Of a stretch of DNA of 64,000 nucleotides, positions 36,259 through 44,960 are shown in pieces. Source of the DNA: an uncultured Ilyobacter sp. (GTDB taxonomy: Bacteria; Fusobacteriota; Fusobacteriia; Fusobacteriales; Fusobacteriaceae); NCBI GenBank assembly GCA_963675185.2, contig CAXXOH010000003.1, forward strand, positions 74,517 through 138,516, given 5' to 3'. A program made the translations under genes and the position numbers. The notes beneath the pieces were generated by a model. That model saw nothing but the letters and a program-made list of their open reading frames with translations. It did not search any database and had not been told where the DNA came from. Every line of letters begins with the position of its first letter. The first letter of the stretch is position 1.

Positions 36259-36912
36259 ATGCTTTATAAGCTGGTAATATTTGATTTAGACGGTACACTT
36301 GTTGATTCTATTGAAGGAATCAAATTTTCAATGAACAGAGTACTAGATAGGTTTAACTTTCCTAACCATGATACCGAAACGTACAAGAATCTCGTTGGAA
36401 ATGGGCTAAGAAATCTTGTGAGGAAGGCGCTTCCCCCTGATTTTAGTGATTCTGACATGGTGGAAAAATGCTACGAGTTGATGTTGGAAGAGTATGGGAA
36501 AAACTGGGATAGGGGAATGAAGTTATACGACGGCATAGAAGCGGTGCTGGATGAACTGTCCAAAAAAAATATACAGTTTGCCATCAATACAAACAAGAAT
36601 CAGGAGATGACAGATGAAATTGTCGAGCAGTATCTATCCAAGTGGGATTTTATCCGTGTTATCGGCTTTAACCATGATTTACCCAAAAAACCGGATCCGT
36701 ACGGCGTGGATCAGATCATGAAAGAGGCAGCTATAACAGCTGAGGAATGCCTGTACATAGGTGATTCTGAAGTGGATATTCAGACGGCAGTTAATGCGGG
36801 GATTAACTATGTGAGCGTATCGTGGGGGTTTAGGAGTAAAGAACAGCTTGAAAGGTATAGCCCTAAAACTATTATTGATAACCCTACAGAATTGCTTGAC
36901 ATAGTTATTTAG
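36259..36912 (+). CDS. HAD-family phosphatase (phosphoglycolate-phosphatase-like) - cassette 7
   Basis: Start moved to ATG 36259 (GGAGG 8 nt upstream). VIFDLDGTLVDS, GDSEVDIQTA. Confidence 0.8.
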   Translation: MLYKLVIFDLDGTLVDSIEGIKFSMNRVLDRFNFPNHDTETYKNLVGNGLRNLVRKALPPDFSDSDMVEKCYELMLEEYGKNWDRGMKLYDGIEAVLDELSKKNIQFAINTNKNQEMTDEIVEQYLSKWDFIRVIGFNHDLPKKPDPYGVDQIMKEAAITAEECLYIGDSEVDIQTAVNAGINYVSVSWGFRSKEQLERYSPKTIIDNPTELLDIVI

Positions 36913-36940
36913 AGTAAAGCGTCGAAGCGAGCCGATGCTG

Positions 36941-36996
36941 TCTAATAGCGTACAATATGACCAGGAGTCAGAAAAATATCACATTGTATAAACAGA
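36941..36996 (+). repeat. attC-like site 7 (degenerate)
   Basis: TCTAATAGCGTA (compare CCTAACAGCGTA of site 5). Stem TACAATATGA/TCACATTGTA. The 3' end ATAAACAGAAAC resembles the site 1 end GTTATCAGAAAC. Confidence 0.35.
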
Positions 36997-37205
36997 AACT
37001 CTATTGATAATCTCCATTTTATATTGTATAAATAATATATAAGCCTACGATCGCTAATATATGTGATTCTTCTGTTTATTTGCCGAATTCAAGTTAAATA
37101 ACCTAAAAATGCAAGTCAGAAAGTAGAATTAATTATAGAAATAAAAAATAAATCAAGCTGAAATATAGTTGTTTTTGTCTATACTTCAGTATACAAGGAG
37201 GAAAT

Positions 37206-37490
37206 ATGTACAAATTTTTGATCACAATCAAGCTAAAACCTGGTTCACTGGAAAAAATCCTTGAAAAAGCACCGGAGGCTCAAAAAAAGACGCGTGAAGA
37301 AGAAGGATGTATTTCATATGATTTTTTCACATGTACTGACGATCCGAACAAACTGGTATTTATCGAAGTTTTTAAATCCAAAGAAGCGCATGAATGGCAT
37401 TGCGAACAAGATTACACAAAAGAGTTTATTGCCTTCCATGAGCAGTTCCACGAGTCACTTGTATTTGAGACAGTAAATATAGCTCAATAA
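37206..37490 (+). CDS. antibiotic-biosynthesis-monooxygenase (ABM)-like small protein
   Basis: 94 aa; CISYDFF...LVFIEVFKSKEAHEWH pattern; AAGGAGG RBS. Confidence 0.65.
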   Translation: MYKFLITIKLKPGSLEKILEKAPEAQKKTREEEGCISYDFFTCTDDPNKLVFIEVFKSKEAHEWHCEQDYTKEFIAFHEQFHESLVFETVNIAQ

Positions 37491-37535
37491 AAGGTATCCT
37501 CTTAATTGATAAGACTGCGAGGATACCTTTGTTGA
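37491..37535 (+). terminator. hairpin terminator (weak T-run)
   Basis: AAGGTATCCTC (37491-37501) / GAGGATACCTT (37519-37529). Confidence 0.55.
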
Positions 37536-37869
37536 ATTTAATAAAGTTTATCTAACAAGATAATAAACGGAGAATACTTTGTAAGTTTTTAGAGCATACG
37601 TCAGAGAGTTTTTTGGTATACTATCTATTGAGGGGAATTGAATGAGGGAAATAAATAACAGATGATATTTTATTGGTATACTGGGTTAATAATGAGGTCT
37701 GCATTGGGTTTCCGTATGCACCATCAAGCCTAAATAGATAAAGTGCTTATAGAAAAATAATTATTTTAGTTTATAAAATAACTTGAAATCTTTATTGCCC
37801 CTTAGCCAGTTTGGACTCTTGCGCGAATTAATATATAATATATTTAAATCAATATTAAGGAGCAAAGAG

Positions 37870-38145
37870 ATGACTAGAAGAAGATACTCTATGGAAGAAA
37901 AAGAAAGAATATTAGAAGAAGTTAAACTAGCTAAGAATAGAAGAGCCGTGGCAGCTAAGTATAATCTGGCTGAAAGTACCATCAGAGGGTGGGAAAAAAA
38001 GCTTTCTCAGAAAGAATCGGGTCAACATAAGGATTTAAGTAAAATTAATAAAACCCTTGAGGCTGAAAATAAAGCTCTGAAAGAAATTTCTGCTGAAAAA
38101 GATCTTGAAATCAAGATTTTGAAGGATATGTTAAAAAAGATGTAA
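37870..38145 (+). CDS. IS3 transposase OrfA (HTH + leucine zipper)
   Basis: MTRRRYSMEEKERILEE...; start moved to the Met preceded by AAGGAG. Confidence 0.85.
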   Translation: MTRRRYSMEEKERILEEVKLAKNRRAVAAKYNLAESTIRGWEKKLSQKESGQHKDLSKINKTLEAENKALKEISAEKDLEIKILKDMLKKM

Positions 38146-39089
38146 CCACTATTTTTAAATATCAAGTAGCAAAATATTGGATTGATGAAGGGAATAAACC
38201 TTCCTTAGTCCTGAGGATAGTGGGGTTACCTAAGTCTACTTACTACTATTACAAAGATAAACAGAAAGAATATAAAATAGTAAAACCTAAAAGAGCAGGC
38301 GCGAAGCCTAAAGGATATAGCTTTAATTTTAAAAATGAAAAAGTTTCAGATGATAAGATCAAAGAATTTTTAAAAAGTTATGATGAAACAAGAGAATGTG
38401 CATATGGATATCGAAAGAGAGCTCATGCAGTTAAAAGAGATTGGGGAATAATTCTTAATCATAAGAAGTCTTATCGGTTATGTAAAGAATTAAAGCTTCT
38501 CCGAAAATATCTACCTCAACCAAAAGAAAAAAAGGTTTTAGCTACAAATAAAAAAGTCCAATCATCAAATAAATTATGGGAAATAGATGTGAAATATGGA
38601 TATATCTATGGAATCGAAAGGGTATTTTATGTTTGTGAAATTATCGATGTTTTTGATAGAAGTATAATTGATTACCATATCGGATTCTCTTGTACTGCAG
38701 AAGATGTTTGCAACTCTTTAATTAGAGCTGTGTACAAGAGATCAGAACTCATGCCTGAGAAACTCTATATTAGAAGTGACAACGGGTCCCAGTTTACCAG
38801 CAAATTGTTTTCAGAAACTTGCAGAGCTCTAGGAATAAATCATGAAAGAATCCCCAATGCTACCCCTAATAAGAATGCTCATATAGAGTCATTTCATAGT
38901 ATTTTAGAGCGGGAAGTCTTTGGTTATAAGTATTTTGAAAGTTTTCAAGAAGCCTATGAAGAGATGCAGGAATTTATAGATTTCTATAATACAAAAAGAA
39001 TTCATGGAAGTTTAAAATATATGACTCCCCAGGAATTCTATGAGAAATATAAAGGAAAAGAATCAGAGGAATTTAAAGTAGCAGCGTAA
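38133..39089 (+). CDS. IS3 transposase OrfB (DDE; expressed as OrfAB by -1 frameshift)
   Basis: The OrfB frame is open from the AAAAAAG motif (38133-38139). DDE region ...WEIDVKYGY..., IRSDNGSQFTS, NKNAHIESFH. Confidence 0.8.
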   Translation, partial: KKDVTTIFKYQVAKYWIDEGNKPSLVLRIVGLPKSTYYYYKDKQKEYKIVKPKRAGAKPKGYSFNFKNEKVSDDKIKEFLKSYDETRECAYGYRKRAHAVKRDWGIILNHKKSYRLCKELKLLRKYLPQPKEKKVLATNKKVQSSNKLWEIDVKYGYIYGIERVFYVCEIIDVFDRSIIDYHIGFSCTAEDVCNSLIRAVYKRSELMPEKLYIRSDNGSQFTSKLFSETCRALGINHERIPNATPNKNAHIESFHSILEREVFGYKYFESFQEAYEEMQEFIDFYNTKRIHGSLKYMTPQEFYEKYKGKESEEFKVAA

Positions 39090-39159
39090 AACGCGCAAAA
39101 TAAGGAAATAAGTCCAAGAATTAAGGGGTCAAACCGAAATTAAGAAAGGGAGGAATAAA

Positions 39160-39579
39160 ATGATTGATCAGAACTGTGCATATTGTGCAGAAGGGGAATT
39201 ACTCGCAAAATTTGGTATTAAAATTTGTGAATTGGATGCATCAAAAGTTTATCTGTTTAAAGAACAAAGTCATCCAGGTAGATGTATAGTAGCTCCTAAA
39301 AAACACGTAGGGGATATGACTCTACTGACTGCAGAAGAAAGAAGCGCATATTTTGAAGACGTAGCAAAAGTAGCTAGTGCAATAATGGCTGCATATCATC
39401 CTGACAAAATAAATTACGGGGCATATGGTGATACAGGACATCATTTACATTTTCATCTTATACCAAAATATAAAGATGGATTTGAATGGGGAGGAATCTT
39501 TGCAATGAACCCTGATCTGAAGTACCTTTCAGAAGAGGAATATGCAGAGATGATTTCAAAAATAAAAGCAAATTTATAA
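39160..39579 (+). CDS. HIT (histidine triad) family protein
   Basis: GHHLHFHLIPK triad motif. The IS3 right end lies 28 nt upstream of the start. Confidence 0.8.
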   Translation: MIDQNCAYCAEGELLAKFGIKICELDASKVYLFKEQSHPGRCIVAPKKHVGDMTLLTAEERSAYFEDVAKVASAIMAAYHPDKINYGAYGDTGHHLHFHLIPKYKDGFEWGGIFAMNPDLKYLSEEEYAEMISKIKANL

Positions 39580-39670
39580 AAAATAAGAATTCATAATTTG
39601 CTTAAGAATATTTATTCTAAAAATTTGGATTGATTAGTATTTATACAAGGCATCAAAATACTGTATACTT

Positions 39671-39701
39671 AAAAACCAGTTTAAATATAGCTGGTTTTTT
39701 T
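39671..39701 (+). terminator. intrinsic terminator
   Basis: AAAAACCAG...CTGGTTTTTTT. Confidence 0.6.
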
Positions 39702-39812
39702 AATACTATCTTCTACATTTATTTTTAATGGTATTCAAATAATTTTTAGAAATTATTTTATCTGAAAAATAGTTATCCAGCAATAACTTTGTGTAATAAA
39801 GTGATTGGAGAA

Positions 39813-40010
39813 GACAGAGAAAACACTTTAAAATAAAAATAATTTTTGTCACGAATTTTCACGGATCACACGAATCGATTAAAATTTTTGAGCAACGCCT
39901 TCTTTATGTATCCCTATTAATTCCACTTCTCTGTGAAGCTCTTTATTTTTCTCTGTGTCATTCTGTGACCAAAATATCTTTTATTCGTGTCCATTCGTGT
40001 GATTCGTGAC
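39813..40010 (+). repeat. structured intergenic repeat, copy 4 (left arm truncated)
   Basis: GACAGAGAAAAC...GTCACGAATTTTCACGGATCACACGAATCG...CTCTGTGAAGC...CTCTGTGTCATTCTGTGACCAAAATA...ATTCGTGTCCATTCGTGTGATTCGTGAC. Confidence 0.85.
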
Positions 40011-40226
40011 AAAAAAATGCTTTTCATTATCGACTTTAGATCAATTCAATGCTTTAATTAAAAATTATATACAGGTAGCAACTTAGGTTAATTAGGAGAC
40101 GCTAAATTAAATTTAAGGGATTTAAATATAATTACTCCTATATTTTCTAATGGTGGTGTGTCATGCCAAGCGCACCACCTTATAATAAACATATAGAAAA
40201 CTTCACTTTAAGCTAAGGAGGAAAAT

Positions 40227-41399
40227 ATGAATAATTTTGTTTACAATCTAAGTACTAAAATATTTTTCGGGAAAGGACAAATTTCTAATTTACCATCGGA
40301 AATAAAAAAATATGGTAAAAAAGTACTATTTCTCTACGGTAAATCAAGCATTAAAAGAATGGGGTTATATGATGAAGTAGTCAATCTGCTAAATGATAAC
40401 AATATAGAGTTTGTAGAATTACCCGGTGTTGACCCGAATCCAAGATTATCTACAGTGAAAGAAGGAAGCAGATTGTGCAGAGAACATGATCTTGACTTTA
40501 TACTTGCTGTGGGGGGAGGTTCTACTATAGACTGTGCAAAAGCTATTGCAGTAGACAGGTTCTATGAAGGTGATACATGGGTAGATCTTTACAGAAATGG
40601 AAAAGCCGATACAATAAAAAAAGCTCTGCCTTTAGGGTCAATACTTACTCTCGCTGCGACAGGATCTGAAATGAATAAAAACACGGTTATTACTAATGAA
40701 GAAACAGAAGAAAAATACGGACTCGGTGCTGAGATAATAAAACCTAAATTTTCTATTCTTGATCCTGTGTACACATTTACAGTACCAAAATATCAAACGG
40801 CAGCAGGATGTGCCGACATCCTATCGCATTTGTTTGAACAATATTTTTCGCCAGTAAAAAAAGCTTATGTATCTGCAAGAATCGGCGAGGCTATTATGAA
40901 GACGGTTATTGAATATGCTCCAATAGCATTAAAAGAACCTGATAACTATGAAGCTAGAGCTAACCTTATGTGGGCAGGAACTGTGGCATTAAACGGTACT
41001 GCCTCAGCAGGAAAGCCGGGAGACTGGTCAGTACACGGTATAGAGCATGAACTTAGTGCAAAATATGATATTACCCATGGTGTAGGGCTGGCTATACTTA
41101 CACCGAGATGGATGGAATATGTAATGACTGATGAGAATGTTTTCAGACTGGCTGATTATGCAAGAAATGTATGGAATATTCAAGAAGATGATGATTATAA
41201 AGCTGCTAAAGAGGGTATTGCAAAAACAAAAGAATTCTTCCTATCTCTTGATATACCAATGACACTGCCTGAAGTAGGAATAAATGAAGACAGACTGGAA
41301 GAGATGGCAAAAGATGCTACGAAATTTAGAAAAATCGGTGCAATGAAAAGTATGGATTGGAAAGATGTATATAATATCTATAAAATGTGTTTGAAATAA
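40227..41399 (+). CDS. iron-containing alcohol dehydrogenase (butanol-dehydrogenase/YqhD-like)
   Basis: GGGSTIDCAKAIA, HGIEHELSAKYDITHGVGLA. Confidence 0.9.
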   Translation: MNNFVYNLSTKIFFGKGQISNLPSEIKKYGKKVLFLYGKSSIKRMGLYDEVVNLLNDNNIEFVELPGVDPNPRLSTVKEGSRLCREHDLDFILAVGGGSTIDCAKAIAVDRFYEGDTWVDLYRNGKADTIKKALPLGSILTLAATGSEMNKNTVITNEETEEKYGLGAEIIKPKFSILDPVYTFTVPKYQTAAGCADILSHLFEQYFSPVKKAYVSARIGEAIMKTVIEYAPIALKEPDNYEARANLMWAGTVALNGTASAGKPGDWSVHGIEHELSAKYDITHGVGLAILTPRWMEYVMTDENVFRLADYARNVWNIQEDDDYKAAKEGIAKTKEFFLSLDIPMTLPEVGINEDRLEEMAKDATKFRKIGAMKSMDWKDVYNIYKMCLK

Positions 41400-41444
41400 A
41401 AATAAATTTTTTTATTATTTATTAGAAAATAACTTTATCTAGTA

Positions 41445-41475
41445 AAACATCCTGTAAATGCAGGATGTTTTATTA
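41445..41475 (+). terminator. intrinsic terminator
   Basis: AAACATCCTG taaatg CAGGATGTTT followed by TATT. Confidence 0.75.
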
Positions 41476-41585
41476 GATTATTTTGTTAATAGTTATGAAA
41501 AAAAGTATAATATTAGTATATATAATTTCTGTAAAGCATAATTTGATTTTTTGAAATCATTTTTTATTCTAATGGGAGGCAGAAA

Positions 41586-41936
41586 GTGATTATTAAGAAT
41601 TTTTTTGATTCACAAGGAGTTAAGCGAAGCATTCATAACGGAAAAGGGCTTGCAAAAAGTGTTAAGATTTTTGGAGAAAATGATTTCGAAACTAATTTAA
41701 AATATGTTTCCTTTACCAGTTTACCGCCTGGAACTTCAATTGGATTCCACGATCATAATGATAAACGAGAAAAAGTTTATACAATTTTAAATGAAACAGG
41801 TATATTTACATTAAATAAAGAAGAAAAAAAAGTTAAAAGCGGAGATGTAATTTTAACAAAACCAGGGTTTTCTCATGGACTTAAAAATAATTCTTCAGAA
41901 GCACTGGATGTTTTTATTTTTTGGGTAAAAAAGTAA
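41586..41936 (+). CDS. cupin-domain protein
   Basis: GTG start after GGGAGG; GFHDHNDKREKVYTIL ... GFSHGLKN cupin motifs. Confidence 0.7.
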   Translation: MIIKNFFDSQGVKRSIHNGKGLAKSVKIFGENDFETNLKYVSFTSLPPGTSIGFHDHNDKREKVYTILNETGIFTLNKEEKKVKSGDVILTKPGFSHGLKNNSSEALDVFIFWVKK

Positions 41937-41963
41937 TAGTTCCTTTGCAGAACGAAACGGGTT

Positions 41964-42064
41964 CGCTAACCTCCTCTTGGTAAGTGAGCGACTAGATCTC
42001 GAGAACGACTGTAAGACTCCACCGCTTCGTCTATTCAGGAAAACCCTTTAGCCGGTATTTAGGT
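41964..42064 (+). repeat. attC-like site (degenerate, homologous to 43985-44079)
   Basis: GCTAACC...TAAGTGAGCGACTAG...GAAAACCCTTTAG...TATTTAGGTGGCAT. Compare ACTAACC...AAGTGAGCAACTAG...GAAAACCGTTAGATGACAT; the GTT of the R' box is mutated to TTT. Confidence 0.45.
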
Positions 42065-42102
42065 GGCATAACCTTTCAGACATATAAAAAGCAGAAGAGA
42101 AA

Positions 42103-43017
42103 TCATATCTCTTCTGCTTCTATTATATCTTTATTTTTAAGTTTTTTGTTGGTAGATCCCAGGTATATAGCGCCTAGAGATAGGACAAAACCTATAAGAT
42201 CAATTATACTTGTGGGGCGTTTAAAAAATAGCATATCCCATATCATAGACAGTGTCGGCTGCATAAGCAGTATTAATCCTGCTGTGGATACGGGTATACT
42301 TGACATAGATGAGGATATAAATATCCAGCCCAAACACTGGCAGAATATGCCGTAAGCTAATAAAACAATCAGGTTTTTAGCCGAAATCAGATTAAAACTT
42401 TCACCAGAGAATTTTGAAATAGTTCCGAGTACAATAGCCGAAGATACGCATGCCCAGAATATATTACTGCTTGGAGAAAATTTATTTTTTAATTTGGATG
42501 AAAAATTTAGAGTTAATATATATCCTGTATAAAATACAGCTGTAGTCAGACCTAAAATAACACCTAATTTATAGTTGGGTGTATTGCCCTTCCAATTGAC
42601 ACCGCACAAAAGAAATATCCCTATAAGTGCTAAAATAATCGACAGATAAAATTTCCAGTTGATCTTCTCTTTAAATATCAAAAAACTTATAACAGCTATA
42701 AAAACCACCTGGAAATTTCCAAGTACTGTAGCAAGACCCGGACCTATATAGTGAATACTTCTGTGCCATACAAAAAGATCAAAAGCAAAAAACAATCCTG
42801 CAAGTGCTGAGTATAGAAAAGCAGTAATACCGACCCATAATTTTTCTTTTTTTATCAGACAGAATACGAGTAGGAATACCGCTCCAAATGCTACTCTGTA
42901 AAAGGCTGAAATACTGGGGCTTACGGTAGTCATTCTGGTAAATACAGCGGAAAAGCTTATAATGGAAGAACCTGCTATAAGCAGCCCCATATCTTTATTT
43001 TTTAAAACATTGTTCAT
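42103..43017 (-). CDS. DMT/EamA-family transporter (opposite strand to the cassette array)
   Basis: 304 aa, ~10 TM helices, two EamA-like halves. Confidence 0.8.
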   Translation of the reverse strand: MNNVLKNKDMGLLIAGSSIISFSAVFTRMTTVSPSISAFYRVAFGAVFLLVFCLIKKEKLWVGITAFLYSALAGLFFAFDLFVWHRSIHYIGPGLATVLGNFQVVFIAVISFLIFKEKINWKFYLSIILALIGIFLLCGVNWKGNTPNYKLGVILGLTTAVFYTGYILTLNFSSKLKNKFSPSSNIFWACVSSAIVLGTISKFSGESFNLISAKNLIVLLAYGIFCQCLGWIFISSSMSSIPVSTAGLILLMQPTLSMIWDMLFFKRPTSIIDLIGFVLSLGAIYLGSTNKKLKNKDIIEAEEI

Positions 43018-43156
43018 AAATAATCCCTCATTGTAAAATTTTATATGAACAGATTATAGCATGTATAGTATAATAAAGGAATAAAATATTTTGAACACAA
43101 AAAAGAATTAAAAGTTATTTAGTTCTATTAATACATATATGCAAAGTATTCCTATC

Positions 43157-43374
43157 AGCTAACACTGTGCAGACTAAGCAGCTTCCTCTTGTATGGAGTA
43201 GTTCTATCTATGATAAGGATATGAATCAATAGACAAATCGTAGAATTCGTAATTAAATTAAGCTGGTATGAGATTGGTAGAAGGATATTTTGGGCGAGAT
43301 TAATAAATTATCATTAATAACAGGAAGATTTATATAGCTGAACGACAAATAGACCCCATGGCACAGCGTTAGAC
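43157..43374 (+). repeat. attC-like site with unusually long (~190 nt) centre
   Basis: AGCTAAC ACTGTGC (43157-43170) pairs with GCACAGC GTTAGAC (43361-43374). The R' box lies 32 nt before the next start codon. Confidence 0.45.
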
Positions 43375-43405
43375 GGCTTGCTAAAAACTGAGAAGGATGA
43401 TATAG

Positions 43406-43847
43406 ATGGATTATATAAAATATATTAGAGAAAAAGTCGGGCACCAAGAAATAAACTTAACAGGTGTAAATGTGTTGATAATAAATGAAAAAGAAGAAAT
43501 TCTATTGCAGAAAAGGGGGACTGATAGGCGGGGTTATAGATTTGGGGGAATCACTAGAAGAAACGGCTATAAGGGAGGCTAAGGAAGAAAGCTGACTGGA
43601 TGTGTCCGAGCTTAAACTTCTGGGGACAACTTCCGGAAAAGACTGCTTAGTACACTTCCCCAACAACGATAAAGCTTATTTTATTACCATACCATACTAC
43701 ACCAATAACTTTAAAGGCAGCATGCTTATCGATGAAAATGAAACTATGGATTTACAGTTTTTCAGTTACGAGTCATTACCAGACAATATTCCTAAAACAC
43801 ATAGAAAAATGATAGACAGCTACCATAAACTTGGTAAAAAAAAATGA
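43406..43847 (+). pseudogene. Nudix hydrolase, disrupted (frameshift/deletion + in-frame TGA)
   Basis: ATG 43406 gives MDYIKYIREKVGHQEINLTGVNVLIINEKEEILLQKRGTD. The frame then breaks. The next frame reads IGGVIDLGESLEETAIREAKEES-TGA-LDVSELKLLG... (Nudix box with TGA where Gly is expected) and continues to 43847. Confidence 0.75.
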
Positions 43848-43984
43848 TAACCAAAGTAAAAAGTCTAATATGTGATATAATATATATTACGGCTGGGTCA
43901 AAGGATATGAAATCTATCTTAACTTATTAAAAAGTGGACAATCATTTTATCGTGAGAAAAAACACTGTACAGATGCCACGGTTC

Positions 43985-44079
43985 CACTAACCGAAACGTG
44001 ACCTTTTCACCAAGTGAGCAACTAGGGTTTTAAGACAAAGTTAAGCTCACACGCTGCATCTACACGAAAACCGTTAGAT
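43985..44079 (+). repeat. attC-like site (long type)
   Basis: ACTAAC (43986-43991) ... GTGAGC/GCTCAC, GATGC/GCATC pairing ... GTTAGAT (44073-44079) GACATTA. Confidence 0.6.
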
Positions 44080-44109
44080 GACATTAATGCTAAAAAAATG
44101 GAGGACAAA

Positions 44110-44859
44110 ATGAGAGATATTGAAGAAGTTAAAAAAATAGCAGTACTTATAGATGCAGATAATGCACAAAGAAGTAAAATGAAATTTATACTAGAGGAAA
44201 TATCAACTCACGGACATATTATTACAAAGCGAGCTTATGGAGATTGGTCTAGTGAAGGATTAAAAAATTGGAAAAATGATTTAAATGAATTAGCAATACA
44301 GCCCATCCAACAGTTTGCTTATACAACAGGGAAAAACGCTACAGACTCTGCAATGATAATTGATGCGATGGACTTACTTTATACTAAAAAATATGATGCC
44401 TTCGTTATAATTTCTAGTGATAGTGATTTTACAAAACTTGCAACGAGGTTGAAAGAGTCTCAAATCTTTGTATTTGGGGTCGGAGAATCAAAAACACCAT
44501 TATCTTTTAGAAATGCTTGCGATGATTTTATACTCAGTGAGAACTTGGGAGAATCTAAAGAAGTGAAGATCAAAGAAGACAGTTTAAAGACGAAAAAAGT
44601 CGAAGCTGATATGGCTTTATCTGAAATAGTTACACTGTTAATGAAGGCTTATGAAAAATATGAGGATGAAGAAGGTTGGGTTAATATCAGCTCCGCAGGA
44701 CAGTTTATTAAAAGAGTAAAACCCGATTTTGATGTGAGAACTTTTGGAGTCACTAAACTATCTGAGTTGCTTAAACAACTAAATAATACATTTGAAATGA
44801 GAAAAAATAAAGGAAAAGGAAGGGGTCATATCATAGCTTATAAACCTAAAAATTTATAA
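44110..44859 (+). CDS. NYN-domain nuclease with C-terminal OST-HTH/LOTUS-like domain
   Basis: Start moved to ATG 44110 (GGAGG 5 nt upstream). VLIDADNA...ISSDSDFTKLATRLKE..VFGVG (NYN/LabA-like); C-terminal GWVNISSAGQFIKRVKPDFDVRTFGVTKLSELLK. Confidence 0.75.
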   Translation: MRDIEEVKKIAVLIDADNAQRSKMKFILEEISTHGHIITKRAYGDWSSEGLKNWKNDLNELAIQPIQQFAYTTGKNATDSAMIIDAMDLLYTKKYDAFVIISSDSDFTKLATRLKESQIFVFGVGESKTPLSFRNACDDFILSENLGESKEVKIKEDSLKTKKVEADMALSEIVTLLMKAYEKYEDEEGWVNISSAGQFIKRVKPDFDVRTFGVTKLSELLKQLNNTFEMRKNKGKGRGHIIAYKPKNL

Positions 44860-44863
44860 TTCT

Positions 44864-44918
44864 ACGTTAGCTGACATAGGTGCAGGTCGCAACAGATTCG
44901 GCTTGCCGTCTCGCTAAG
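44864..44918 (+). repeat. orphan R'-type box plus imperfect hairpin
   Basis: CGTTAGCTGACATAGG (matches the conserved CGTTAGNTGACAT 3' box) lies immediately after the NYN stop with no convincing upstream R''. It is followed by GTGCAGGTCGCAAC...GGCTTGCCGTCTCGCTAAG. Confidence 0.3.
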
Positions 44919-44960
44919 AATATCCCCGAATATAGGAAGGATTGAATCTGGAGGCACATT

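Larger units (their letters stand above)
37796..39131 (+). mobile_element. IS3-family insertion sequence (~1.34 kb)
   Basis: Terminal inverted repeats TGCCCCTTAGCCAGTTTGGACT (from 37796) versus rc of the right end TGACCCCTTAATTCTTGGACT (ends 39131). OrfA/OrfB with an A AAA AAG slippery site. No clear target duplication seen. Confidence 0.8.

Noticed and set aside
37534-37795. Recombination site between the ABM gene and the IS3 element
   Set aside because: Only an ATCTAAC box and two TTGGTATACT direct repeats are seen. There is no GC-rich paired structure, so it cannot be supported.
40227-41399. Iron-ADH gene as an integron-type cassette
   Set aside because: It is preceded by intergenic repeat copy 4 and a promoter-like region, and it is followed by an ordinary Rho-independent terminator. 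No (R)YYYAAC...GTT palindrome is present.
43253-43447. Minus-strand 64-aa ORF
   Set aside because: It overlaps the long recombination-site loop and the start of the Nudix pseudogene, and it has no RBS.
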